NCBI GenBank assembly: GCA_002269645.1
Contig: NIVC01000010.1
Location: 1,674,001 to 1,738,000 of the forward strand
Direction of reading: 5' to 3'
Length of the DNA stretch: 64,000 nt
DNA from: Macrostomum lignano
Lineage: Eukaryota
Part shown: positions 35,340-46,485 of the stretch, piece by piece
How the letters are laid out: every line of letters begins with the position of its first letter
Position numbering within the stretch: position 1 is the stretch's first letter
Program-made: the position numbers and the translations under genes
Notes under the pieces: generated by a model
The model's database searches: none
Told to the model about the DNA's origin: nothing
What the model saw: the letters and a program-made list of their open reading frames with translations, nothing else

Positions 35340-38300
35340 GTGGCCCAATTCTGAGGAGAAAGACCAAGTGCCAGAACCAGTAACTGTAAATGTAAACTGT
35401 ATGTCAACTAATGTTATGTATGTTTCTACTAAATTCTTTGGCAAAAATATTCCATGTCTAATAGATACCGGTGCTTCAGCTACAATCATAAATTCAAGTT
35501 TAATTAACAAATCAAAGTACCAAGTAAGAGCTTCTAATGTCAAATTACAAGCTGCAAATGGTAAACAGCTTTCTGTATTAGGAGAAATGACAATCAAATT
35601 TAATTTTGGAGATATTGTCTGTCAGCAAGAAGTCATCATCTGCAAAGACATTCAGCATTCAGTCATCCTAGGATGTGATTTCTTTACTAATTTCAATGTA
35701 TCTATCCATCCAGCAGAAGGCATGATCACATTTAATAATCAGAACAGAAGTTTCCCAACTAGAAAAACAACAGAAGTTCAGAGAAGCTGCAAGATCATCG
35801 CAACTGAAACTGTCCAGCTTAAACCAGGACAAGCAGCAACTATTTCCATTGCACCAAAGATGTCAACTCAGTCAATGGCACCAGGACTAGTCCAGTCGAA
35901 CAAAAGAATCCCAGGACTCTTGGCTGCTAGAACTGTTGATTTAATAAAGAATGAAGGCATGTACATCAATATTATCAACTCGAACTCGAACAGAGACTTA
36001 ACCATCAAGAAAGGTTCGTTAGTTGGTTCCTTCACCCCTCTAGATTGCAGAGGAGAGACCTGCATTGTCGTCGAAGAAGTAGCAGATAAATCCGAGTCTG
36101 GTAGCAAAGAAGAGACTGAAGATGCAGAGAAAACATTCAAAATTTCTCCAGATCTCACAGAAGCTGAAAGGAAATCTGTTAGTGACATCCTAGATGAGTA
36201 CAGCGACATATTTTCAAGAGATGGCAAGCTTGGTCGAACTGCTTTACTGAAACACTCGATAAATACTGGCACAGCAATGCCTGTCAGAGAGACATTAAGG
36301 AGAGCAGCACTGCCAACCATCAAGGAGCAGGAGAAGTTGATTCAACAAATGCTTGATGATAAAGTCATTCAGCCGTCAACATCACCGTGGGCTGCACCTG
36401 TCATTCTGGTGAAAAAGAAGGACGGAAGCTCTCGTTTTTGCATTGATTTCAGAAAACTGAATGCTGCAACTAAACCTGATGCATTCCCTGTGCCAAGAAT
36501 CGACGACATGCTAGATGCTTTAGCAGATAACGTTTACTTTTCTGCATTAGACTTGCAAGCAGGCTACTGGCAAGTAGAAATGGAAGAAAAAGATCGCGAG
36601 AAAACCGCATTTGTCTGTCACCATGGACTCTTTGAATTTAATGTTATGCCCTTTGGCTTACGCAATGCACCATCAACTTTTCAAAGACTCATTCAGATGG
36701 TCATTCAAGGCTTAAATTGGGAAGCATGCTTAGCTTACATCGATGATGTTATTGTTATGGGTAAAACGTTAGATATTCACAACGAGAGACTCAAACAAGT
36801 TTTTGAACGATTAAGAGCAGCAAATCTTCGCCTTAAACCTAGTAAGTGCAATTTTGCTGCCAAGTCGCTTAAGATCTTAGGTCATGTGATAACGCCTCAA
36901 GGAATAGCAGTAGACGATGAGAAGATTGATTCTATTAAGAGATGGCCAACACCAACGAATCAGAAAGATGTTAGAAGTTTTCTAGGCCTGTCATCATATT
37001 ACAGACGATTCATTAAAGACTATTCAAAGATTTCCGAGCCCTTAAGAGTGCTGACAACTGATAAGAAATTTACCTGGACCGACGAGGCAGAGCAAAGTTT
37101 CATTCGCCTTAAGTCCGCCTTAACATCGGCACCTATCTTAGCATTGCCAATAATGACAGGCGAAGACTCCGAATTTGTTCTAGATACTGATGCTAGCGAC
37201 TTTGCCATAGGATGCGTTTTATCACAGCAACAGAATGGCGAAGAAAAAGTGATTGCCTATGGAAGTCGAGTGCTCAGCACCGCCGAAAAGAATTACTGCG
37301 TGACTCGCCGAGAACTACTAGCAGTAGTCGAGTTTGTTAAAAAGTTTAGGTCATATCTAGCGCCAAAGAAGTTTACAATCAGGGTAGATCACCAGGCGTT
37401 GACCTACTTACTACAGTTCAAAGAACCTAATGGCCAATTAGCTCGATGGATCGAATCTCTTCAGGAGTTTAACTTCGAGATACTCTACCGGCCAGGTAAA
37501 CTGCATTCCAACGCAGACGCTTTATCACGCAGGTGTACAAGACCGTGCGAATCTTGTCGACCTAGCAAAGCAATTTCAGATGCAGAATGTCAAACTGACG
37601 AAGATCAGACTGTCGCAGCTGTTTTGTCTAGAAGGAAACAAACGCTGGTTCCAAGGAAATCCGAAAGCGAGGACGAAAGTGAGTTAATAGACGAAGCTGA
37701 GCAGAGTGAGACTGAAGAGGAGCCGAGTATGCGTGCACTGCAGTTACAGGATCCAGGAATTGGACCAGTATTTCGGAAGCTAGCCAATGGAAAAACAGCG
37801 TTTGAAACTGGAGAACGAGATAGAATGTCACCAGAAAGTTTGAGCCGCCTTATGTCCAAAGCCGACGAATTGTGCTTCGTTAACGGTGTAATGCATTATT
37901 TATTCAAGACTAAGCCTGTTCTAGTACTGCCGCAGTGTAAACGAGAAAGCTTCATTAAAGAAATTCATGAGTTAGGTCACTTTAGTGTCGAAAAGACAAG
38001 AACATCTGTCAAGAAGCGTGCCTACTGGCCAAAATTAGCCCTGGATGTTGAACTATTTGTCAGGTCATGCATTCCGTGTCAAAGATCTAGGCCAACATCA
38101 ATCACTCGAGGCCCTCTGCAGCCGATAGCTACAGGATTTCCTATGCATCGCATTGGAATCGACATAGTAAAAGTGGCTACCTCGAGGCAAGGCAATAATC
38201 GATTGCTTACGATAGTCGACTACTTCACTAAGTGGGCCGAATTAATACCAATTCCTGACGAACGAGCGAACACCGTTGCGAAGGCAATATTCGACGTGTG

Positions 38301-39090
38301 GATATCGAGATGGGGAGCACCGCATATCATTCACTCCGATCGGGGTAGCAACGTGGACGGCAAAGTCATCAAGAGTCTCTGCAAAATATTTGACATTCAA
38401 AAAACTCGCACTACCTATTTCCATCCTCAGTGTGACGGTCTTGTAGAAAGATTCCATAGAACATTGCATAGCGTGCTACGATGCTACCTGCAAACGGTGG
38501 AACCCGAAGACTGGCAAGATGTTATTCCTCATTGCCTTCTGGCCTATCGAAGCACCGTCCACAGCAGCACCGGCTTTACGCCTCATTTCCTGATGACTGG
38601 GCGAGAAGTTACGCTTCCTCTTGATATTGTATATCGACTGGCTGAACCGGCCAGCACTGCTGTAACTTTCGCCAGCTCCACAAAAGAGTCTCTACTGAAA
38701 GCATTTGAAGCTGTGAGAGAGTCTGTTGATTTAGCACAGCGCCGCCAGAAGAGATATTATGATAGAAAGTCCAAGAAAAAAGGGTTCAAGGTTGGATCAT
38801 TGGTCTGGATTTTTATCCCACCATCTGTCCTACGGCAGCGTGAACCTCGCTGGTCTGTCAAACACCACGCTCCATGGACTGGACCTTTCCGTGTCACCCG
38901 GAAGTTGACCAGCCTGACCTATGAAGTGAAGTCGATTGACGAACATCAGAAAGTAAAGATCGTAAATGTAGAGAAGATGAAACGCTACATTGAGCCGCGT
39001 AGACAACAAGGGTTGTGGCAAGACGAAGAGGCTGACGAAAGAGAACAAGAACCAGAAGAAAGCGTCGAAGAGGAATGGGTCATTGTGTAG
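35299..39090 (+). CDS. pol: Gypsy Pol (protease, RT, RNase H, integrase); frame open from 35299
   Basis: LIDTGA (PR); SPWAAPVILVKKKDG..FCIDFRKLN and YIDDV (RT); LDTDASD (RH); H-H-C-C, GIDIV..IHSDRG..VERFHRTL (IN); C-terminal GPF-like motif. Confidence 0.96.
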   Translation, partial: CRLDQGPDPSLIIEWPNSEEKDQVPEPVTVNVNCMSTNVMYVSTKFFGKNIPCLIDTGASATIINSSLINKSKYQVRASNVKLQAANGKQLSVLGEMTIKFNFGDIVCQQEVIICKDIQHSVILGCDFFTNFNVSIHPAEGMITFNNQNRSFPTRKTTEVQRSCKIIATETVQLKPGQAATISIAPKMSTQSMAPGLVQSNKRIPGLLAARTVDLIKNEGMYINIINSNSNRDLTIKKGSLVGSFTPLDCRGETCIVVEEVADKSESGSKEETEDAEKTFKISPDLTEAERKSVSDILDEYSDIFSRDGKLGRTALLKHSINTGTAMPVRETLRRAALPTIKEQEKLIQQMLDDKVIQPSTSPWAAPVILVKKKDGSSRFCIDFRKLNAATKPDAFPVPRIDDMLDALADNVYFSALDLQAGYWQVEMEEKDREKTAFVCHHGLFEFNVMPFGLRNAPSTFQRLIQMVIQGLNWEACLAYIDDVIVMGKTLDIHNERLKQVFERLRAANLRLKPSKCNFAAKSLKILGHVITPQGIAVDDEKIDSIKRWPTPTNQKDVRSFLGLSSYYRRFIKDYSKISEPLRVLTTDKKFTWTDEAEQSFIRLKSALTSAPILALPIMTGEDSEFVLDTDASDFAIGCVLSQQQNGEEKVIAYGSRVLSTAEKNYCVTRRELLAVVEFVKKFRSYLAPKKFTIRVDHQALTYLLQFKEPNGQLARWIESLQEFNFEILYRPGKLHSNADALSRRCTRPCESCRPSKAISDAECQTDEDQTVAAVLSRRKQTLVPRKSESEDESELIDEAEQSETEEEPSMRALQLQDPGIGPVFRKLANGKTAFETGERDRMSPESLSRLMSKADELCFVNGVMHYLFKTKPVLVLPQCKRESFIKEIHELGHFSVEKTRTSVKKRAYWPKLALDVELFVRSCIPCQRSRPTSITRGPLQPIATGFPMHRIGIDIVKVATSRQGNNRLLTIVDYFTKWAELIPIPDERANTVAKAIFDVWISRWGAPHIIHSDRGSNVDGKVIKSLCKIFDIQKTRTTYFHPQCDGLVERFHRTLHSVLRCYLQTVEPEDWQDVIPHCLLAYRSTVHSSTGFTPHFLMTGREVTLPLDIVYRLAEPASTAVTFASSTKESLLKAFEAVRESVDLAQRRQKRYYDRKSKKKGFKVGSLVWIFIPPSVLRQREPRWSVKHHAPWTGPFRVTRKLTSLTYEVKSIDEHQKVKIVNVEKMKRYIEPRRQQGLWQDEEADEREQEPEESVEEEWVIV

Positions 39091-40468
39091 AACCGACTGT
39101 CATTAAGAAACAGATCTCGCGCGTAATTGCACCAATCACTACTTTGTGGCCACTTCATGGTGAATTCCTGGAACTAATCATGGTTAATCTACTAATAACT
39201 ATTGGATTTGATTTGATTGGATTGGATTTGATCCGTTGGACTAACTAGAACTATCATCTGATTATGATGGACTACTGGTAACTGGACTGACTAATTACTG
39301 TCTGATGGACTACTGGTAACTGGACTGACTAATTACTGCTTGATGGACTGACGGATAACTACCTAAGGGACTGATGGACTACTACACTTAACTACCGTGC
39401 AATAATTGTGCTGGAGACAGACTGTGAGCATTTTAACACTGATATTAATAAAGCCATGCTAAACACTATTAGATTCGCAACTTGATTCAAATACTGACTG
39501 GTTGTTTCCTAATAATGCAATTTTCGTATTTGGTAAATAGTAAATTTTGCGTGTTATTACACTGTTCCTATTGTTCAATTGCAGGGTGCTCGATTGCTTG
39601 AATTTTTTTTGCTTCGCGCATTTGTGAAATCGTTTTATCCGTCGAACTTTTAGTTGTTCATATTTTTTCAAAAAAAATACAGAAATATTATTTTGTTATT
39701 GCATTTTAATTTTCCCCAATATTGTGACAAAACATTAAAAAAATATCTGTTGCATATGCTTTCGCTATCGAATTGTTGTCGCGGAGGTGTACTGTAATTT
39801 TCGATCGTTCACGTCTTTCTGCAACTGTAATGGTCTGAAACTGTTATTTCGTTCGAAACATTCATCATTTCATTGTTCGTAATTTAGGCATAATTTAAGT
39901 CGTTGACAAGTACCGTAATAATTTGCTTCTCTTAAACATTTCATCTGTCAGTATTAGAATTTTGTCGTCTGTGCATTCGTTTCGGCGTTCTGTTGCATAC
40001 GTTCGAATTGATGTTCTCGTGACAGTTTCGGTTTGTTGTGCTATCATGCATAATCATCAGCTTTAATACATTTTTTGAAGTGGTTTAAAGTTTTTCCTGC
40101 TCTTTTTGCCGGCATTCTTGTTGTGCAAATCGATGTTCAGAATCAACGCTCGCGCCGTGTCCAATGTACCTCTGCTTTCCGTGCGGTCGTGCTGGTGGCT
40201 CTGTCAGTAAGATTATAACTGTATTAGTATTGCAAGCATGGCGACCTTGCGTCTCTAGGAATTTTTTTTCTTCCTTCAGGGTACACTCGGTATGCATGTC
40301 TCCTCAACTTTTAATGTAAAATTATCACTGTTTTTCTGTACCCACTTTCATACCGTACGAGTATTAGCGACAAAGCACATCGAAATTTTCAATGTTCTAC
40401 TGACGCAGATTTTTGAAGTAGTATGTATAGAGTTTTCTTAACGGTAACAATGAGGGCATTGTTTTTCT

Positions 40469-40478
40469 GGAGGGGGGG
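40469..40478 (+). promoter_or_regulatory. polypurine tract GGAGGGGGGG
   Basis: Three nucleotides upstream of the 3' LTR TG. Confidence 0.85.
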
Positions 40479-40481
40479 TAA

Positions 40482-40973
40482 TGTAAAGTATTTTTATGTA
40501 TCAATTAAATCTCCGCACTTTTTATGATGTGTCCGGCATTCTTGAATATTATTTAGTTAGTATTTATTCAGTAGTGAGTTTCTATTTCCGCGATTCTTAC
40601 TGTACGTACTTTACTACTATTGTTTTACTGTATGCTAATTCCTATCGTATTTCAAACGCGAATGCGCTGTGTTTTGGTGTTAGTTCTCCTGTGCGCCGTA
40701 GTAGTTGTAGTTGTAGGGTTGCATAGCCGTTCCAGAGTTCCAGGCGATCCAGTTTTAATTCAAAAATAGATATAGACATTATTTAGAAAATTCTTAATTA
40801 CCTTGACTATACATAGATTGTTCAGATACGAATACAAATATATAAATGAAATGAATTAAGGCGCATTGCATCCACAAGCCAAGAACGCATTCGGCATTCG
40901 TTCATTCATCTGTCATCACAACGAAAATAAGGCGATTCTTTGAATTCTTGGACTTCAAGAAACTTATTTTACA
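40482..40973 (+). repeat. 3' LTR (492 bp)
   Basis: TGTAAAG...TTTTACA, containing TATAAAT. Confidence 0.96.
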
Positions 40974-41817
40974 AATATGGTATTTGAAAAAACGCGGAAA
41001 TGTTATTAACGAAACTTGAACGATTAACGAAGCGAAAGAAAAAGCAAGGAGTTAAAAAAAGTATTGCGTGAAATTTATGTATGTAGTTGGCGGTATTGCA
41101 CAACTGTGAATTTTGCAAGTACGCTTTCTATTTGGTAAATTGATTTGCCTAGCGCAATCAGCGGTGAATAAATTGGGATCGAGACGTTTGACAACACATA
41201 ATAATGTATAATATGCGATAACAGTAAACAATGACTATAGCAATCTACGCCCCTGTTTGGGAGGCAAAAAAGATAGTAATACATTTTTTAGTTAACTGCG
41301 TGTACCATTTGACCTCGCATATTACATGTACGTCACTAAAATTGTTATTTTCTAAGGAAAAAGATGTCTAAAGCAAAAAAGCATCAGCCCTGAAAGCCTA
41401 AGATATGTATGATCCCTTATGAGCCTTTTCATCAAAGCCTCCTTTTATGCCATGGCTTAACCCTACTCTTACTCTCCATTTGATGCTTGGCTTGCCAACA
41501 AGCCGAGTGGATTTTCAGTTGATATACTTTTGGCATCCCAGCAAATTTCCCAGCTCCCAGGCCATATGAGTGAGCCTACATGTAATTTACTTTTTTATAC
41601 TGGTGGTTTCTTCACACGTTTCTGAATCAACAATCGCATTTCCATGTGTATTGTGTATATTCTGTGGTAAAAGCTATGGGGGAGACATAAATCAATGCTT
41701 GTCCTCCCCCCCCCCATCACCTTAACTTGTGACCCGGTATGGAAATCAAAAATTTTGCTTCAGATCACCTGTCTGCGGCGCCAAAATGAATGCCTACGGG
41801 GCCAAAAGTAGTATTTC

Positions 41818-42030
41818 TTTCAATCAATCAATCAATCAATCAACAATCAACCAAGCAATCAATTAATCAATCAACCAAGCAATCAATTAATCAATAATTC
41901 AATCAATTAATCAATCAAGCAATCAATAAATCAATCAAGCAATCAAGCAATCAATAATTCAATCAATCAATCAACCAAGCAAGCAATCAATTAATCGATC
42001 AAATCAATCAATCAATCAATCAACCAATCA

Positions 42031-42073
<43 letters not shown>

Positions 42074-42150
42074 AGTCTATCAGTCTATCAATCAATCAAT
42101 CAATCAGTTAATAAACCAATCAATCAACCAATCAACCGACCAATCAATTC
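41818..42150. repeat. (ATCA)n/(ATCT)n compound microsatellite
   Basis: Read directly from the sequence. Confidence 0.9.
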
Positions 42151-42258
42151 CTCAAACAACCAATCAGAATGCTAGGGTAACCCAAGTAAATATCTGTAAC
42201 CGTATTGCTTAACTTCTGTTTTGCGTGACAGCGTACTAGGTTTGAGATAGGTTTGGCC

Positions 42259-44558
42259 ATGCTCGTATTGCTGAGACGACATGGTTGGCTCTTACTGGTT
42301 TTTATCGGTAAAAGCCGCAAGTCTTAGTCATAGTTAGTGCAACAGAAAACTCATCTTACGAGTATTTAAACAAAAAAGAATTCTAAAAAGAGCCCAGTAG
42401 AATGCGCTTAGTTCGAATTTTCACCAGGTTGTTCTTCAACGGTTCGCATGCAGCAACTGCACCAGTCCTGTGAGAGTTGTTGATCGGCTTGACAAGCCAG
42501 GCCTCTCTGGATGGGACCTGACTTCACAGAATACTTCGATAACAATGCATCCAAGTATGAGCCAACTTGAACCGGGACAGCTCCAGACTTTGGGTCGCGA
42601 ATACACTAATCAGCTTGGGACCCGCGAGCATAAAACTTAAATTCAGTCGCCAAGTGACGATGGATCTTAAATACGCAATCGATATTATTCAGCACTTCCC
42701 AATTGCAAAGCCTGGATCCCAAGGTAAATTGGCTCAATCAAAAAATGTCAATAAGAATCTGCAGTTTGCTCAGCTAAACCAGCTGTCTCAACGAAGAGTA
42801 TCATAATAAAAAATAAAAAGATCGGTCGTTTGATGTCGGTTAGACAGTTGACGCTAAAATCAAGTGTTGATTGCATCGCTGATCAAAGCATTCTTTAACC
42901 TGTAAGCATGAAATTCCACTGTTTTGTTTTGAAGGTGACAAAAACCGGGTTCATAACAAGAATTTCATTTCGTTTTCAGTTGGCAAAAGGCATTGGAGTC
43001 CAGATTTCTGCCAACTGCTCACAGAATCTTCCAGTCGCTGTGGAGGCGGAGAGAACCGGGGGCTTTACAGTTTTGTTAGAAAAACTGGACTTCTTGTTTG
43101 GTACGTACGAGTACTTGTATTGGATGCTTACCACTGTAATGGAGCGCTTTTTTAACATAGGAGCTCGCATATATTTCTACATTGAAAAATCGCACAAACT
43201 ATTCTCTATCTTGACAAATCGCAGATTTAGATCCAGTTTGCCCCAGATACACGAAAGAAAGGCATTGGGAAATGCAGCTCTTTCTGTATAGCCCAACTCG
43301 TTTTCGCCGCTTCGGTCACATACACGTGTTCTTCTGCGAAACGCCAATTGCTTCCTCACCTGGCCATGACCTGATTGTTCAGCTGAAAATGCACGCCTCC
43401 AATGACTATCAGGAGCGATTCTGCTATGAAATCAGCTCACTGCTCCATCACCCGAAGCTCAGCTTCATCATTTCTGCACCTCAAAGAGAGAGGGAGACGA
43501 AGCTCAGCATCTGCGACCACGACATTCCTGGCCGACTGCGACTGCAGGACAGGCTCCGAGTGAGCGAAGGCGAAACGCTTACGGTCGATGTAACCTCGGC
43601 GTCGCCAGAAAATCCATCAACTGGTGCCGAAGGAGCCAACAGAAACGACTCGGAAGTAGCAAATGCCGAATTCCACGGCTTCCAATCCGAAGAGAGTATC
43701 GTTGGGTCAATCATCGTGGACCAAGGTGCATTTCACTGATGTCTCAAACTGCAGCTAAGAGTATGTATAAAAGTGTAAGAATATGACAGGCACAAATGAA
43801 TGTCAAAACTTTTCACACCCAATTGCATTCACACAGTTGAAGTCTGCTCGCGAATCGACAGCTCAAGTGAGCAGTGGCAGCTGAGCGCAGACGGTACAGA
43901 GCTGCTCACCACTGTGACAGTCGCTCCCGACAACACTCAGACTGACTGCAAACTGCAGCTGGATGCCTTCACTGCTGCTCGAATCGCGAACCGCACCAAA
44001 GTTGCAAGCACTGCTACTGAAATCTCCAAGGTGTCAAACATCAGCTGCTGGAAGCTGGAAGTGAAGCTGGACAAGTTCAGTACGGTGTGCGGACTCAAGC
44101 AGCTCGTGCTGACTGCGTCTCACTGGGACTCTCTGGCAGCGTCGGTCGAGCGCAGTCAGCGAGAGGTCTGCGGCTCGAACTCGCAGTTCAAATTCCGCGT
44201 TGAGGCCAGCCTGCAAGCGGTGGACAGCGGAATGGGTCTCGCGTATAGCGGAGTGAGGTCCGGCTTTAGGGCTCGGCTCTCCATCTCGAGCTGCGGTCAG
44301 AGCTCTGCTCAGAGTGAGCAGCTGGTTGAGTCTCCAGGTGGGCGCATCTTTTTGCTGACTGAGGCTTTAAAATTTGCACGTTTGTGCCAGGCTCAGTGAC
44401 CACCCCGTGTTTCGATTTCAGCAACCTCGGGCTCCGTGTCACCTACACTGATTTCTGTACTGGTCATTCTGATTCTGTGCAACGCTCTTGTTGCATTGTT
44501 TGTTTGTCGGACAAAGCTTTTCAGTGCTCTGAGGTCGCTTCGAGCTCCACAACCGTAG
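42259..44558 (+). pseudogene. CUB-family membrane receptor paralogue B, internally collapsed, frameshifted, with a nonsense codon
   Basis: Signal-peptide-like MLVLLRRHGWLLLVF. Exon-2 relic SNCTSPVRVV..GLSGWDLTS matches C exon 2 and has two frameshifts, then joins LISLGPASIKL..QHFP (matches C exon 8). Exon 42765-42901 has TAA at 42896-42898. Exons 42980-43100, 43225-43725, 43837-44337 and 44422-44558 (TM) are open. Confidence 0.75.
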
Positions 44559-44594
44559 TGATCTCCAAAACTGATTTGCGCACCTGCGCGTGGA

Positions 44595-44872
44595 GGTCAA
44601 TCACTCTAAGGTGGTCAATCACTCTCACGCGGTCAATCACTCTCACGCGGTCAATCACTCTCACGCGGTCAATCACTCTCACGCGGTCAATCACTCTCAC
44701 GCGGTCAATCACTCTCACGCGGTCAATCACTCTCACGCGGTCAATCACTCTCACGCGGTCAATCACTCTCACGCGGTCAATCACTCTCACGCGGTCAATC
44801 ACTCTCACGCGGTCAATCACTCTCACGCGGTCAATCACTCTCACGCGGTCAATCACTCTCACGCGGTCAATA
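44595..44872. repeat. 18-bp perfect minisatellite GCGGTCAATCACTCTCAC
   Basis: About 15 units, starting just after the gene B stop codon. Confidence 0.92.
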
Positions 44873-45171
44873 CAATTTAAAGACGGCACATTACTCGCAA
44901 TGGCCTTGATTACCAATATATACCGGAATATTTAGGACAAAAACGAACGTGATTTGATTTGATTAAAGTCGCATAAAAATACAAACATTACGACGCTTAT
45001 GGTTACCTTGTAATCTTGATAAAGATTCACCATTAAAAAATGTTTTTATGAAGCCTACTTGCTACTATAAGCAATATCTAAAGATTCGTTCTTTTTTCGT
45101 TAAAAATTCTCTTTCCGGTTAAGCGATGCTGCATATCTGAGACTTATCGACTCAACGATTAAAAGGAGATA

Positions 45172-45737
45172 AAAGTGCCAGATACAGAGGGTGTGCCAGA
45201 TACAGAGGGTGTGCCAGATACAGAGGGTGTGCCAGATACAGAGGTGTGCCAGATACAGAGAGTGTGCCAGATACAGAGGGTGTGCCAGATACAGAGCGGG
45301 TGCCAGATACAGAGCGAGTGCCAGATACAGAGGGTGTGCCAGATACAGAGGGTGTGCCAGATACAGAGGGTGTTCCAGATACAGAGAGTGTGCCAGATAC
45401 AGAGGGTGTGCCAGATACAGAGGGTGTGCCGGATACAGAGGGTGTGCCAGATACAGAGGGTGTGCCAGATACAGAGAGTGTGCCAGATACAGAGCGGGTG
45501 CCAAATACAGAGGGTATGCCAGATACAGAGGGTGTGCCAGATATAGAGGGTGTGCCAGATACAGAGCGGGTGCCAGATACAGAGCGTGTGCCAGATACAG
45601 AGGGTGTGCCAGATACAGAGAGTGTGCCAGATACAGAGCGGGTGCCAGATACAGAGCGTGTGCCAGATACAGAGGGTGTGCCAGATTTAGAGGGTGTGCC
45701 AGATACAGAGGGTGTGCCAGATACAGAGAGTGTGCCA
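45172..45737. repeat. 18-bp minisatellite GTGCCAGATACAGAGGGT
   Basis: About 31 variant units. Confidence 0.92.
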
Positions 45738-46485
45738 GGATTTTCCTGTTTATTTTTTCGAACGCCAAGATAATGACCTCCAGTTAGTGAACTTTCGAAC
45801 AATGGTGAATTGTTCAGGATGTTCTAGGATTGTTCTAAGATGCATACGAGCTATGTACGTGTGCAGTTTCTTGGCTTAACATTTCACTCTGTGTTTAAAA
45901 CTCAGTAGTGCCAGGATTCATGCACGACTTAAGAACGATTTACTAATCCGCAGTTGCTTCAGTGTAAACTAAAAAAGATCTCGACAAAGTTAGAACTTAG
46001 CTTAATGGTCTTTACAGGCTCTGTAACTCTTATCAATGTACATGCAATGATGTAAAAGCAGCAAAGATAACCGGGCGTGAATGCTGCGGGCCAGCGACCG
46101 CAAGACATCAATCTGGCTATTATATGCAAGTGTCAGTTTTTATCAGATTGATACTGAGATACATTGACTACAGTGATACATTTCGCAACACGCCCGTACA
46201 CTTAAATCAGAACGCATTAGACCAAGCATTGCTGAAATTCTACCTGACCTATAGATTCGCGAGATTCAACCCCTTTGCCTTTGGTTCAAAGATTTAATCA
46301 ATGCCAATTTTCTTGTGCAACTTTGTAAAGCCAATGCTGGATACCTGCGATGCAATCAGATTAAAAGTAAACAGAACGAGCTAAACACGCTGCCAATTCT
46401 CGCGCTGTATGAAATGCGCCTACGCAAACGAGTCCGCTCTGACGGAAAAATTTCGCTTCTGTTGGCATCGAAGCGCCATTCTTCC

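Larger units (their letters stand above)
30344..40973 (+). mobile_element. full-length Ty3/Gypsy LTR retrotransposon with 4-bp TSD AATA
   Basis: TG..CA LTRs of 492 bp at both ends, AATA at 30340-30343 and 40974-40977, PBS and PPT present, and gag plus pol in PR-RT-RH-IN order. Confidence 0.97.

Noticed and set aside
35868-39048. Antisense ORFs within pol, and the 76-aa ORF duplicated in both LTRs (30358, 40496)
   Set aside because: Shadow frames of a coding strand or chance ORFs in T-rich LTR sequence.
39459-40297. env or antisense ORF in the Gypsy
   Set aside because: Only 70-aa ORFs, with no signal peptide, furin site or TM helix.
43357-44423. Pure assembly duplication as the explanation of the A/B identity
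   Set aside because: About 7 substitutions separate the copies and both flanks continue as distinct in-frame paralogous exons. It is disfavoured but needs long reads to exclude.
44384-45879. ORFs with SITLTR, AHPLYL, VPDTEG, CARYRG repeats
   Set aside because: Artefacts of 18-bp minisatellites, open in several frames on both strands.
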